Assembly: GCF_009914755.1 (NCBI RefSeq) | Contig: NC_060945.1 | Reading direction: 5' to 3' (one strand) | DNA: 64,000 nucleotides | Source of the DNA: the human T2T-CHM13v2.0 reference genome, Homo sapiens | Part shown: one piece after another, positions 1 through 14,066 of the stretch | Layout of the letters: each line of letters starts with the position of its first letter | Position numbering within the stretch: the first letter of the stretch is position 1 | The notes under the pieces: model-generated | Told to the model about the DNA's origin: nothing | What the model saw: the letters and a program-made list of their open reading frames with translations, nothing else | The model's database searches: none | Program-made: the position numbers and the translations under genes

Positions 1-1112
1 TGGAAGATCATTTCACTATCTGCTGACTAGCTCTAAGGAAACAGTGTGAATCAAAGCAAAATGGGTGCCACCAAAATATCGAAATGTGATTTGTGCTGCA
101 AAAATAGTCATGGAAGATGGTCTGTGAGATGATTTAGAGCTGAATAATGTGTTCGGTGCAAAATATATTAAGTATGTATGTCAAAAATTAGAGAATGTCA
201 ATTTGCAGCTTCTTCATGAAAACTGAAAAAAAATAAAAGTAGAGTTTTGGTCTCCCATGTCAGCTGGAATTGAACATCAATATAAAGCATTATCCTAACA
301 AACATCTGCTGGCTCAGAGTTTGAGTCTGTAGAGAAGGATCATTGCTCCAAGCCAGGTCTTAACATCCATTGGTTTTTCTGCCCTTAGCACAACAAATTG
401 GTCAACTCCGTAATAGTGGACAATCACATTATCTACTTTAATGAGAGATTTATGAAAAAATTTAGTTACAAACTATGACACAGTTGAGATGCCCTGAATT
501 ATAAGCCATAAGGAGTAGGACAACTAAGAAGCAAAATTAGGACTTAATAACATTTTCTGAAAACTACAGCATTTGCATATTAGAACCTGTGAACAAAATA
601 CACATGGGGTTTTATTTGGGATTCCAAGATAATTTTAGTCATAAAGTTTAGGAACAGATTATTCCATTGCTTTACTATTTCTCTGAGCATTTAAAAAATG
701 TTACCTTGTTAAATATTTGTAACAACCTAGTGAAATAAGGCAGCAAAGTCCTCACTTTGTAGAAGAAGACATTGAGCCTAAGAGAAGAAATTTGTCCAAG
801 AACTAATAGCTGTTCATTATGGAGCTAGGACTTATGCAGAGTTGGGACACTTTCTATTATGTCATGCTAATGCATGCTGATTTACTGGGTCACAGTGTCC
901 TTGATTTATGAGCATTTCACCTAATTTTTTTTCTTCTTTAATTAGAAGCTTAAAGAAAAGTTTGTAGAATGTACTCATAAGTGTATGGGATAATACTGTT
1001 AAATTCTGATATTATGAAATTGTTTGAAATACTCTAAGAATTTTACATTTGGTAAGTATTTTTTATATCAGTATTAAAATAGTAATTTGGTTTATTACAT
1101 TTTTATACATAG

Positions 1113-1183
1113 AATTTGTGAATTACTTTCTGACTATAAAGAAAAACAGATGCTAAAAATCTCTTCTGAAAACAGCAATCCAG
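1113..1183 (+). CDS. POTED: POTE ankyrin domain family coding exon (71 bp; probably exon 6 of 11)
   Basis: tttatacatAG acceptor, GTaaga donor; encodes [23 protein letters not shown]; phase-compatible with the next exon. Confidence 0.9.
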
Positions 1184-1214
1184 GTAAGACTTGTGATAAT
1201 GAATTACTTTAGGT

Positions 1215-1742
1215 CAGTTGTCCACAATGTTTTGGGCAGCAGGGACCAGTTTTCTGGAAGACAGTCTTTCCATGGGCTGGGGGAAGGTGGGGATGGTTTC
1301 AGGATTATTCAGCCATGTTTCATTTATTGTGCTACTTTATATTATTATTACATTGTAATATATAATGAAATAATTATACAACTTACCATAATGTAGAATC
1401 CGTGGAAACTCTGAGCTTATTTTTCTGCAACTAGATGGTCTCATCTGGGGGCAAAGTGAGACAGTGACATATCATCAGGCATTAGATTCTCATATGAAGC
1501 ACACAACCTAGATCCCTCAGATGAGCAGTTCACAACAGGGTTCATGCTCCAATGAGTATCTAGTGCTATCACTGATCTGACTGGAGGCAGAGTTCAGGCG
1601 GTAATATGAGCCATGGGGTGTGGCTGTAAGTACAGGTGAAGCTTCCCTGGTTTGCCTGCTGCTCACCTCCTCCTGTGTGGTGTGGTTCATAATAGTCCAT
1701 GGAGTGGTACCAGTCTGTGACCTGGGAGTTGTGGGCCCCTGC
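1215..1742 (-). mobile_element. MER1A (hAT-Charlie) DNA transposon
   Basis: ~530 bp; reverse complement of the element at 17180; typical MER1 internal motifs (cattagattctcata, ctagatggtc..atctgggg). Confidence 0.75.
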
Positions 1743-3481
1743 TCTAGGTGGTCCTACCGTAGATAAATAAATAAAAGTAAGGAATTTTTGATCACAAAAG
1801 AACGCCAAAGCACAAGTCATGTTACATATCCTTGTCCCAACAAGGTCTCACTCTTACTGACTTCATTCCTCCTCATTTGAAGTTGGAAAGAGATACATTT
1901 ACTTTGTTGGAACAAGATGTGTTCTTCTACCTGCTGGTCAATTGTCTTGATAACAGTAATTTTGTTAGAACAAGATGCTCTGCTACCATTTACCAAAAGA
2001 TTGTCATAATAAATATACAAATTGCCCAATTCTAGGCTCAGCAGATTATAATAAAAGTAGAAAAATGTTTCACATTAACAAAAATACTAGTATGCCACCT
2101 GGTTGTGGACACCTAATACATTGTATAACCCAAACTGTATTAGGACACCTTTAATTTAGCCATCTATTTATCAAAAAGCTTCTGTAAGTTAGGTTTTATA
2201 AGTTGCAGGAGACAAAGATGGAATAGATGTAGTTTTGATCTTTAAGGTGCTCATAGTAGAGCTGTCTCTATTTCATTTCTGTGCTTTTTCAACAGAATTT
2301 ACAAAGAAAACCTTTCTATGTTTTCACTTGTCCACTTAACAAATAACTATTAAATGTCTTTTAGATACTAATCATTTTTCTAATGTTACAGAACACACAC
2401 AATTAAAAATACAGACAGGAGCTTGTTATTATCATTGTCATTTTTATTATTTTACTACTTTATTCAGTGCTTACTGTGTGCTAGATGCCCACTGGAAGCT
2501 TATAATTATGATTTATTATATATTAATTATGTGCCAGACGTATGTGATGAGGAATGAAAGTTTTGAAAAAAAGTAGGTATGATTCAAGGTAAGCACGCAG
2601 AGTGAGAAGAATTTTTCTAGGTAAAGAAGCAGAAGAATAATGTTTGGCAGAAGGAACACGCAACAAGATTGTGTGTTTGCCAGAAGAACATCTAATGAGA
2701 TTGCCTGTTTGGCAGGAAGAGCAGCAAGTGCAAAACACAAGATGCTGAGTGAACTTTGCAGGGTTTCTGAGCAGTTCACTTTTGCTAGTACCAAAAGTGT
2801 GAGACACCAGAGGTTGGGAATAAGGTGAATACTTAGCTAAGGCAAGTTTATGATAGACTTTTTTAATACTATAGAAATGAGTAGGTCTTACCCTGTGGGC
2901 CATGGGAAATTTACCAGGTACAATGCTTTGGACTGTAAATACTAGATGAGCAGTGGCTAAAACAGTAGGAACCAGAGTTGTTTTGGTTGTTCAGTGATAT
3001 CCTAGGATCCCACTTGTCCCTCTTTCAGCTGTGCTGTTGGCAGTGTTTTATTCATGTCTCCTTTCATGGTTGGCTAATCCTCAGCAGCTCCAAACATCTT
3101 GTTCTCACAACACAACATTTCAAGGGCTGCTTTTCTTCACATGTGTCTTTTAAACAGGGAGAAAACTTAGAAGCATGCAAGGGGCTTCCTGTAACATTTC
3201 ACTGGCTGGGTCACACCACATGCTCATTCCCAAACCAGGCACTGGGAAGGCAAATACATGATTAGCTTAGAATAAACATTTCTCTTTCTGAGGCTGAGGA
3301 GGGGGATTGGGATAATAAATATCCCAATAGACTTGTGTTTCTTCTGCAAGAAAGAATAAGGAATGGCTATTGATAGGGAGCCAACAATGTGTGCTGCAGG
3401 GGCTCATTGGAGAAATTTGAGCAGGGGAGTTACAAGATTAAATTTGAGTATTAAGGCATATTCTGCTTATGGTGTAAAATG

Positions 3482-3700
3482 GGTTAGCAAGCTTTTTCTG
3501 TAAAGGACCAGGTGGGAAATATTTTAGATTATGTGGTCTCTGTCATATCTACTTAACCAGGCTGTTGTCTGTTGTTGTAGTGTGAAAGCCACCATGATTA
3601 TATGTAAGCAAACAGGCATGACTGAGCTCCTATAAAACTTTATTTACAAAGCCAAAAGGCAGATTGGATTTGGCCTGTGGCCTATAGTTTGCTGGGATTG
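3482..3700. mobile_element. MER58A-like hAT element
   Basis: gcaagctttttctgtaaagg ... ggatttggcctgtggcctatagtttgc terminal motifs. Confidence 0.6.
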
Positions 3701-5472
3701 ATGGAAGATAACCATGTAAAGAAACCAGGAGAAAAAGGAAGCTTTTGCAGTAGTCAGCTATAGTTTCCATGTCACACATCCTTGGACTAGTATCAATGTA
3801 TTCTAAGGTTTTCACCTGCCCATGGCAAAATAAAGTTTGGAATCTCAGTTACTCATTTTAATGTGTTGGCCTTTTTTTGGTGTTATGCTTTTTTCATTTG
3901 TTTTGCTTAATTTTTTTCATGTAAGAAATAACATTAATAGTTGGAAGGGTTGTTTGTAATAAAAGCCGTTTTGTAAATGTTTATGTTCTCAGTGGCAGTG
4001 GTAATATAAAGCAGAGGAAGAAGAGAGGTATAGTCAATATGATTTAGTGATAATTGAATGAGAAAGGTTTGGGGGACAGAGAGAAATGTCAGATAATTTA
4101 CAGGTTTCCACGTTGTACACTAGTATTTAACCTGGACATGAGGAAGGAGTAGGAAATTTTCTCCATGACCTGTGTGAGTCACAGCTTCCAGAAAAGAAAG
4201 AGAGCAAGGAGCATATTAAGGAACCACAGCAAAGTCAGTCCTAGAGTGCCCTGCTTGACTTCATGTCATAGTTCTGACTTCTAAAAAATCATTTTCTGCA
4301 AAATGTGCTTTGTGTTTTTCCCCTCTTGCAGCCTGCAGCCAAACAGAATCCCTTTAGCAGGGCATTTTTGTGTTCTTCCTTTAAACAAAGTAACATAAAA
4401 ATAACAAAAAAGAGTAAGAGAAAGAGTGTTTTTTGTATAGGCTAGCATTTAACTTAAACTTGAGAGCGAGTACTAGGATTATACTTAGAATTTATGGACT
4501 CGGTAGGAAGACTAGATAGAAATCTAAATATTGCTGACTCAAACACAGTGTGTTTTTTTTGCTTTATTGTCACAGCTCTGAATTCACAACTATTAGTTAT
4601 ATTCATATACACTATAACTTTATAAAGCACCTTCCCAAACAAATATTAAGTGATTTATTATAATTTCTATGACTTATTATAGAATTGACTTTCCAAGTGT
4701 TCATGAGAATTATTGAGAATTTGCTACATAGTATCATCTCAGCTGTGTCCACATGAGCTAGCTGTCACCTTGTCTTAATGAATAATGGCTCACTAGGAAT
4801 ATTGGTTTTGACATTAAAATGATCTACATCTAAATACAGATAGGACCAGGGACCACTCTTGAACGTTAATGTCTAAGCATCTTAAAAGTACACATAAGGC
4901 TTTCATAATCTGACTTCTGCCCTACTCTACATCTTTAGCCCTTTTCCCTGTGTGCCCTTTCTCTGGCATTACTGAGTGGCTCTTAATGCCCTACTCACTC
5001 CTCCTTCTATTGCAGGCAAATACTTTCACTCTTTCAGGCCTCGCTCCTGCTCTTGCTGCTGTGTGGCATGCTGTCACCCTTTCTTGCCCTCTACCACTTT
5101 TAATCTAGCTAGCCTCAATATTTAAGTCTCTGCTTGGGCAGGTGTTCTAGAAAAGCCATCCCTGACAGGCTTTATTTTCATTCTTTTTAAACCCTAACAC
5201 CTAGCATGTGTGTAGCAGGACTCAATAAGAAATTTCTGAGTAAAATAAAGACTGTTTTTACAAAGATGATGTGCAAGACTGTCCTCTGCAGTCTTGGAGT
5301 AGAGGGGACAGACCTGTGGAGGAATAATGTACAGTTCAGGTGGTAAAGGTGCAGTAGAAAAATCAGTGAGGTCCTAAGGCTACCTCAAGAAAGGAGTTAC
5401 CTGTTTATCTGGGGAAAGATCTGCAGAATCAAGGAAGACTTCCCATAGCATTGTTTTAAAAGATGAAAATAA

Positions 5473-5779
5473 GGCTGGGTGTGGTGGCTCACACCTGTAA
5501 TTGCAGCATTTTGGGAGGCTGGAGCAGGTGGATCACAAGGTCAAAAGATCAGGACCATCCTGGCCAATGGTGAAACCCCATCTCTACTAAAAATACAAAA
5601 ATTAGCTGGGCATGATGGTGTGTGCCTGTAATCCCAGCTTCTCAGGAGAATGAGACAGAAGAATCATTTGAACCAGGGAGTCAGAGGTTGCAGTGAGCTG
5701 AGATTGTGCCACCGCACTCCAGCCTGGTGACAGAGCAAGACCCTGGCTCAAACAAAAAAACAAAAAAAAAAAAGAAAAA
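5473..5779 (+). mobile_element. Alu (AluS-type)
   Basis: ggctgggtgtggtggctcac start, dimeric body, A-tail. Confidence 0.93.
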
Positions 5780-5890
5780 TGAATATAAATTTGTCATAAT
5801 AGTGGATGGAAACATTTTAGACGTTAAGAAGACATTGTACACTAACAAAGGTGTCAGTAGTAATTTTGGAAATCATTTGTAAGGTACTAT

Positions 5891-6382
5891 TGTTGCAGAA
5901 AACAGGAGGCAGGAGAGACCCAGTGGGTCAAACAAGAGGATTTTATTTAGGTGCACACCAGCTCAGCGGATTTGCATCAAAAACCTGAGCCCTGAACAAA
6001 GACAGGGCTTGGCTTATATAGGCAAACTTACAGAAGCAGAACAAAGGCAGTTAATCATATAGTGACAGTTTTGCAACCACTGCATAGCTTGTGACCTTGC
6101 AGCTGCATTGAAGGAAAACAAGAATTTGCAAAATATATGCATTTGTAAAAATAGCTATGAATAAATGCTGAGGGGGAGGGGAGATGGTAAAGGAATTTGT
6201 TTTCTTAACTTTTCTCTGGGATGTCTGGAGCCCATACCTGTGGGCTCTGGCTTCTCAGACAGGGTCACCACGACCTTTCCTGGGCCCTGCCTGATACTAT
6301 CCTTAGAGTCAGAGTAGCTAAGTGCAGGAAAACTTGTTTCTCTTTAAAACTAAATTTTCTTTTCTTTACATTTCCTGCTTCA
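5891..6382 (-). mobile_element. Solo ERV1-class LTR (possibly LTR15-like)
   Basis: TG...CA termini ~490 bp apart; minus-strand AATAAA (tttatt near 5942) and TATA-like (ttatata near 6014); imperfect 4-bp flanks ctat/ccat; family name from recall only. Confidence 0.5.
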
Positions 6383-6689
6383 CCATTAGGAAGTGAACAA
6401 CATACTGAGTTACCTTATATGTTTCTACTGTATTTTAAAGTTGTGTTTCTGGTGGTTTTGTTCATTTATGTGGGGTGGATGAATTTGTGAGTGAATCACA
6501 TCAGGTGTCTCCCCAAGTGGTTTGTTGAAGTTTTGGAGAATTATTTCCTAAGTAACTATTTCATGAAAGACTAAACACTCAATTAATGAAATAAAATAAA
6601 ATGTTGTCTTCAATCTATTTTTATAAAGGCAATAGTTTTTAACTGTTCTAAGTGGTTCATCTTAACTGAATATATGGATTTCTCAACAG

Positions 6690-6760
6690 AACAAGACTTA
6701 AAGCTGACATCAGAGGAAGAGTCACAAAGGCTTAAAGTCAGTGAAAATAGCCAGCCAGAG
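6690..6760 (+). CDS. POTED: POTE coding exon (71 bp), followed by a GC donor
   Basis: tctcaacAG acceptor; encodes (E)[23 protein letters not shown]; followed by GCatgg; phase-0 join to the next exon. Confidence 0.87.
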
Positions 6761-8163
6761 GCATGGAAAATTTTAAATTTAAATTTTTGATTTAATGTTG
6801 TTTTCTTTGCTTTAACAATATTAGATAGTCCAAATGAAATTACCTTTCAGACTAGGTTTTAAGAATCAATAGATTCTTTTTTTAAGAATTTTTTAATAAG
6901 ATTCTTAAAATTTATTTTAATAAATTCAGCAATCTCATTAACAGAAGAATCAATAAATTCTAATTTAACATTTGATATTTAGCTTAAAAACATAACCACT
7001 ATAAAATTTAAAATACCCTTATTTTACAGTATTCTTATTTAAAATATTCTTGTCTGCCTTTTTGATTAGCTTATAGCTAATCTTTCCTTTTGGAATAGAG
7101 GCAAAAACATATTCCAGACCTTTGTTTGTTCTTTTATTTTAACAACACCCTAACATGATAAAGTAACATCAATTATTGGATTATATTATTAAGCAAAAGA
7201 ACTATGAACAATGTAACACTGAAGGTCCCTGAGCTGGATTCATGGTTAAAGAATAATCACGGCCAGTGATTGAAAATCTGCAGTTTTATATTGTCAGTCA
7301 CTGATACCAAGGTTAAAGACATATTCTGCCTTGTGATCTCTCACTGACTTCAGCATTTCTGTTCAGGGAGGGAACCAGGTCATAAAAGCAACCCAACTGC
7401 CTATTACAAGAATCATATCTTGCAGAATGGGACATTTGGTGTTAGTGCACAAACACAATAACCTTTTCCTTATTTTAGTTGCAGAAAATCAGTACAGATT
7501 ATTAAAAAAAATTTATCCACTATAATTAGTACACCTTAGAATATATTAGAACTGGACTTAAGCAGATCATCTAGATACATAACACTATCATATTACAGCA
7601 TATAATTTCAATTAAAATGTAAGAATTTGCATTTCTTTCTGTTTGGTGTTGATTTCAGCTCCTAATAATTTAAAGCGTGCCTACAATCCAATTAGGAATC
7701 TTTTAAAAAAGCACTTCAGTGCACTATAGGGGCTCACTAGTTAGGGTTTCATGAGATATACTTTTTCAAGTGAGGAAGCCTTTGGAACACTACAAATCAT
7801 CTGCTAATTCATTTTTGGTAGATTTAACACATAACAAATTAAGTTTAGTCCAAACAAATGGTAACAAAGTTAAGTTTGCTGGTTCATGTTTTTATTCTCC
7901 CTTTGTCTGAGGTGAATTATTTTTCACATGTTAGTCAGAAGCCAATGATGTGGCAGTTGCTAAACATAGATTAAAAAATTAATTCTTAATTTTAATTATT
8001 TATTTATTTAATTATTTTAACAGTTAAATTTTATTTTATTTTCTAATTTTTCATGTCCATACTTGATTACTTAAGAATAAAATTATTTTAACATGCATTC
8101 CAAAAGAGGAGACATACACGGAAATACAACAAGCAAATTAACCTTCTATTTTTGCATCTGCAG

Positions 8164-8208
8164 AAAATGTCTCAAGAACCAGAAATAAATAAGGACTGTG
8201 ATAGAGAG
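8164..8208 (+). CDS. POTED: POTE coding exon (45 bp)
   Basis: tttgcatctgcAG / GTatac; encodes KMSQEPEINKDCDRE. Confidence 0.88.
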
Positions 8209-9248
8209 GTATACCTTTATGTTCAAATGTTTCTGTTGAATTAGATTTTTATGTTATGCTGTTTAACAAAGTGTAGTAAGTGTAGGCATACATGATCCTA
8301 TCATGTAAGTAGCATAAATCACCAGTGAAAAATTTAATATTTAACTCAGAAAGAATTCTGTACATTGAGTTTTCAAGAGATACAAACCCTAGAGAGATTC
8401 TTTCATTATTATGGAACAATCCTGAATGGTGCCATAAAATGCTAGGTAATGCCACTTTAGGAGCTTTGGACCAATCATTTTATCTTTCTTGGTTTTAGTC
8501 TGATTATCACTAGATAATGTGGCTAAAGAAGATAATTACTTATTCTTTGTAACTTCCAGCTGGAAAATTGTATAGCTATTGAATGTGAAATTTTGGGAGC
8601 ATCTAATTTTCTGGAATTCCACGCTTGCACTTCAGCAGTTTCACTCTGCTCCTTGTGTTGTGGCAAACTTTGGTTTTCATGTTTCAGTGAGCACCATCAT
8701 GTTTTTGATATCCAGGAACCAAACGAAAAAAGAACGATCAAAGGCAGTGGGGGAGGAGAATATCTTAGTGCAGAAAAGGGCCATCTTCCTTTCTATTCCT
8801 GAAGTCCCCCAGTGTCTCATCCTCTACATCTGAGTGTTTAATGTAAAATCTAGGTGGTAAAGATAGAAGACACATTTTGTGTCTATGTCGTTTTATTTTT
8901 GTGTTCCCACGAGTCAAATGGGGTAAATTCATATATAAGATTCTGAAGAGTTTTTGGGAATAAAGGCACAAAATGAAGGAGGGCCCTTTTTGAATTTTGG
9001 AAAATTCTGTTTTATTCAGTCAAACAGCAATCAAGCAAACTTTACAAAAATTTCAATGATATACTAATGACATGATAATTAAATCTTAAAATTATACGGT
9101 AATAGTTCTGTATATATGATCAAATTTAAGTGTGAGATTTTTAATGACTAAAATAATGGCAAACTGAATCAATTGATAAAATCAATTAAAAAGGTTATTT
9201 TTATTCAATAAAGTGATAACCATCCTTAATATCAAACTTCCACTCAAG

Positions 9249-9415
9249 GTTGAAGAAGAAATAAAGAAGCATGGAAGTAATCCTGTGGGATTACCAGAAA
9301 ACCTGACTAATGGTGCCAGTGCTGGCAATGGTGATGATGGATTAATTCCACAAAGGAGGAGCAGAAAACCTGAAAATCAGCAATTTCCTGACACTGAGAA
9401 TGAAGAGTATCACAG
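9249..9415 (+). CDS. POTED: POTE coding exon (167 bp)
   Basis: cactcaAG / GTaagc; encodes [55 protein letters not shown] (within ORF 9213..9419). Confidence 0.92.
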
Positions 9416-9659
9416 GTAAGCCTATGGCAACATTTAATAGGAGATAACTATATGCTGTCAAACTAATCTTAATTTGGGCTAATATTCATGATGAACAAAT
9501 TTTATACTTTTACTAGAATATTCAGCCTTGCCTGTTAATCAGAAAAATGAAAATCAGTAAACAATGAGTTACCGTTTTTTCCAGTCATTAATTTATTTGA
9601 AAAATAACCAGCATTGGCAAATGTGAGGGAAAAGGCATTTTCTTTTCTTTTTAATGAAC

Positions 9660-9990
9660 TTTTATTTTAGCTTCAGAAGTTCATGTGCAGGTTTATTATA
9701 TAGGTAAACTGTATCATGGAGGTTTGGACTACAGATTATTTCATCAGCCACATAATAAGCAAAATACTCGAGAGGTAGTTTTTTGGTCATCTCCCTCCTG
9801 CCACACTCCACCCTCAAGTAGACCCTGGTGTCTGTTATTCTCCTCTTTGTGTCCATGAGTTCTCATTGTTTAGTTCCCACTAATGAGTAAGAATATGTGG
9901 CATTTGATTTTCTGTTCCTGCATTAGTTTGCTTAGGATAATGGCCTCCAGCTCCATGTGTGTTGCTGCAAAGGAAATGGTCTCATTGAAA
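9660..9990 (-). mobile_element. L1 3' end fragment
   Basis: catgtgcaggtttattatataggtaaact ... ggataatggcctccagctccat, reverse L1PA/PB 3'UTR. Confidence 0.8.
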
Positions 9991-10597
9991 AAGACATTTC
10001 ATACACTGTTGGTAAATACATTTTGAACATTAATTTAGTAGCATATTCACACACACATATATATAACATAGTAAGGATATATAGGTATGTTAAGGATATT
10101 TGTATAGATTTGTCACATATATACTTATGTGTAAGGACATTTCTTACAGCATTATTATATCAAAAAGATAGATCCTTATCAATAGGAATTTATCATCAAA
10201 AGTAAATCCTTACCAATAGGAAATACCCCGAAAATAATACAGTATGCAACCATTTTTTACAAATGAGGTTAGATCTAGAGTATACTGATTATTCACAATT
10301 AAAATATTTAAAGCATTTAGTTTGGTAACACATCTTAAGATAATTTTGTTAGAATTCTTGTAATATCTGCTGTGTTGCAAATGGAAGCTACACGCTACAT
10401 TGACACCGTACCTTGTTAGCAACAAGATTGCTAGTTATTAAATTTTTGTTGTCAGTGCCTGAGTGCCGAAATATTGGACCTTCAATCTGAATATTGCCAA
10501 GGGATTGTACATGGGGATCTATATTTAATATAAACATTTGAGTATATTGGGTAAAACTTTTATTAAAATATATCAAAGTATCTTTCATCTGCTAAAC

Positions 10598-10935
10598 CAG
10601 GAGCTGGCCAGCTTTTTCTGCAAAGAGCCATTTAGTAAATATTTCAGGCTTTGTGAACTATATATATTTATTTTTTTTGAGACAGGGTCTCTGTTGCCCA
10701 GGCTGGAGTGCAATTGTGTGATCACAGCTCACTGCAGCCTTGACTTTCTGGGCTCTAGTAATCCTCCCACCTCAGCCTTTCTACTGTCTGGGACCCCAAG
10801 TGTGCAACATCACACCCAACTAATTGACTCTATGGACTGTAATGTGAATAAGCATGGCTGTGTTCCAAGATTCTTTACTTACAAAAACAGGCAGTGGGCT
10901 GGATTTGGCCCACAGGTGCTAATTTGCTGACCCGT
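10598..10935. mobile_element. MER58A-like element interrupted by a minus-strand Alu half (~10672-10825)
   Basis: MER58 termini flank ttttttgagacagggtctctgttgcccaggctggagtgc. Confidence 0.6.
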
Positions 10936-11676
10936 GTGCTAAAAGGAAGGTGCTGCTAATGCAGTAACACTTATTTGTAAAAGTGCCCTGCATGTGTGAC
11001 ATTATCTTTCCTTTGAGAAAAGGATATATTTCAGTATTCACCTCACCATATTTTTCCACAGTGATGTCATATAATTTTTAAAATTTCATTTGTAAAATAA
11101 GATTATTTTCTGCATTTCTGCCACTTTATTCCTGTCAATAGAACTCAGTATTTCACTGTGATCAATTACTTTGTATATTTGATGAGTATCAACTGTCCTA
11201 GAATTGGCTGATTTTTATCAAGCAAGAAATACTCTCCTTGAAGCTTTTAGTTTTTCTTGGTCTTTATGTATAAGCATGAACAAAATAATAATCAGCTTCT
11301 GTAATCTAGAAATGGTCAAGGCAACTTTTAGTTCTATAGTTTTAAGAATTTAACACCTTGGTCTGGCATTTTTAATGCCAAATGTGTATAATTTTTATAA
11401 GCTTTAAAATATGTAATTGTTATATAAAATTTGAAAACTACACCTGTTATGTAAAATTTGAAACTATTTGTCTACTACTTTTCCATGACTGTGGAAGAAA
11501 ATTACAACATTCTCAGCCATGACTCCTAAGTATGATGTCCTTAAAAGAACTGTCTACACTCACGAACTCAAATTTTCTTTTCATTCACTCTTGATCTCAT
11601 GCCAGTAAGTCTTCAATTTCAGCAGTCCTCCAACGTTTTTCCTCAAAATTATCACTAATTTTTTTCTGTAATCTAG

Positions 11677-12210
<534 letters not shown>

Positions 12211-12965
12211 CCTCATGACTTTTTCTACTGTGTATATGCTAGTGATTTCCAAATGTATGTCTCCAGCTCAGATCTCTCTCCTTAATTCCAGATTTCTATA
12301 TCAGCCTGCCTACTTGTGACATCTCTATTTGGTTAGTTATTGGGTATCACACACTTGTCAGATCCAAAATTGGGCTACTGATGTCCTTCCTGAAATCTAC
12401 ACCTCATGCAGTCTTTCCTACTTTGGTTAAGGGCAACTCTTCCAGTTGCTCTGCCAAAAATCTCGGTGTCATTCTTGACTCATCTCTCTCTCTCTCTCTG
12501 ACACCTCACATCTAATCTCTCAGTAAATCTTGTCAGGTCTACCTGAAGAATATGTCCAGAAGCCAGTCATATCTCATACATCTGAGCCACCCTCATCTGC
12601 AGTCTAGATGAGTGCCATAGACTGGGAATTGATAGTCCTGGTTTTTAAAAACTTCCCTTTTCATCAATTCTTAACTCAGTGGATGTATTTAAAGCATAAG
12701 TCAAATTGTGTCATTCCTCTGCCCCAGCCCTTCTGATTATCTCCCATTTCACTCAGAGTACATGTCAAAGTTCCTCCTAATTATCTCCCTTGCTCTGCTT
12801 CAGCCACACTGAATTCTTGCCATCCCTTATCTACCCCTAGTGCTTAAAGATGCCAGGCACACCTCTGTGATTTGCAGTTCCCTGTGTCTGGAATGCTTTT
12901 TCCCCAGATATCCTCCTAGCTTTCTCTTTCCATTCCTTCAGTTCTTTATTTAAAACCCCCTTTCT

Positions 12966-13246
12966 AAGAAGAAGAGGAAAAAGGGTAAAAAGAAACACAT
13001 TAAGGAACAACCACTTTCTGAGGAAGAACGGTGTGCTACCCAGACGCGTCATGCTTAAGGTTCAATTGGGTGCCTACCAGGGATGCTCTCTAACGTAACG
13101 AAGGGAAGGTTCAGTGAAACAAAGTGATTTATCATCTCTAACTTCAAACCCATTTGTATCTTGACATCAACGCTGTTAACCTTATGTCATCATTTCTTAG
13201 AGACTTTGATATACAAATAAAAGGTTTTTGTATTAGAAAAAAAAAA
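12966..13246 (+). pseudogene. 5'-truncated processed pseudogene fragment, NOP58-like (C-terminal codons + 3'UTR + poly-A)
   Basis: Encodes KKKRKKGKKKHIKEQPLSEEERC (recalled NOP58 tail KKKKKRGKKKHIKEEPLSEEEPC); AATAAA at 13216; A10 tail; TSD aaaaccccctttct (12952-12965) / aaaatcccctttct (13243-13256). Confidence 0.78.
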
Positions 13247-13770
13247 TCCCCTTTCTCAGCAGGGACTTTTCTGACCATCCCAACTTTCCCACCACCCTCC
13301 CCATCAAACACATAAACATTTCATTTTCCTGCTTTAGTTTTTCTCCTGTAACATCCTGTATATTTTGCCTTATCTGTCTGTTGTTATTGTGTGTTTTTCT
13401 CACTCTCATGAATAGGGTTTTTATTTTTCACTACCATATCCTCACTGCCTAGAAAAAGGCCTAGCATATTGGATGAAGCTACCTAACAAATACTTATTAA
13501 ATGAGTGAAGGGAGTTTATCCTGGATATATTGTTTGATTAATTCTCACTTTAAAAATGTTTGACGTGGTTCATTCTAACAGTTTTGCCCAGTAATTACAT
13601 GCATTTTTAAAATTGTTTTGGCTTTTTATAATAAGCTACATTCTTTATATTAATTTTTTTATTTAGAGAGAAAAGCCCAATATTGTGGTTATTCACTATT
13701 TATTCTTTTACTAGTAATCATAATTGTAATTATGGCAAACTGAGTCAGAGGAATTGCAAAGTTTACTGGT

Positions 13771-14066
13771 ATTTTATTTTATTTTGAGATGGAGTCTCGC
13801 TGTATCCCCCAGGCTGGAGTTCAGTGGTATGATCTCAGTTCACTGCAACCTCCACCTTCTGGTTCATGCATTTCTCCTCCCTCAGCCTCCCAAGGAGCTG
13901 GGATTATGGGGGCATGCCACCACGCCCAGCTAATATTTGTATTTTTAATAAAGATGGGGTTTCACCCCATTGGTCAGGCTGGTCTCGAACTCTGTACCTC
14001 AGGTGATCCACCCACTTCGGCCTTTCAAAGTGCTGGGATTACAGGCATGAGCCACCGCACCTGGCC
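13771..14066 (-). mobile_element. Alu (AluS) with TSD
   Basis: Full reverse Alu; TSD actggtatttta / actagtatttta. Confidence 0.93.
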
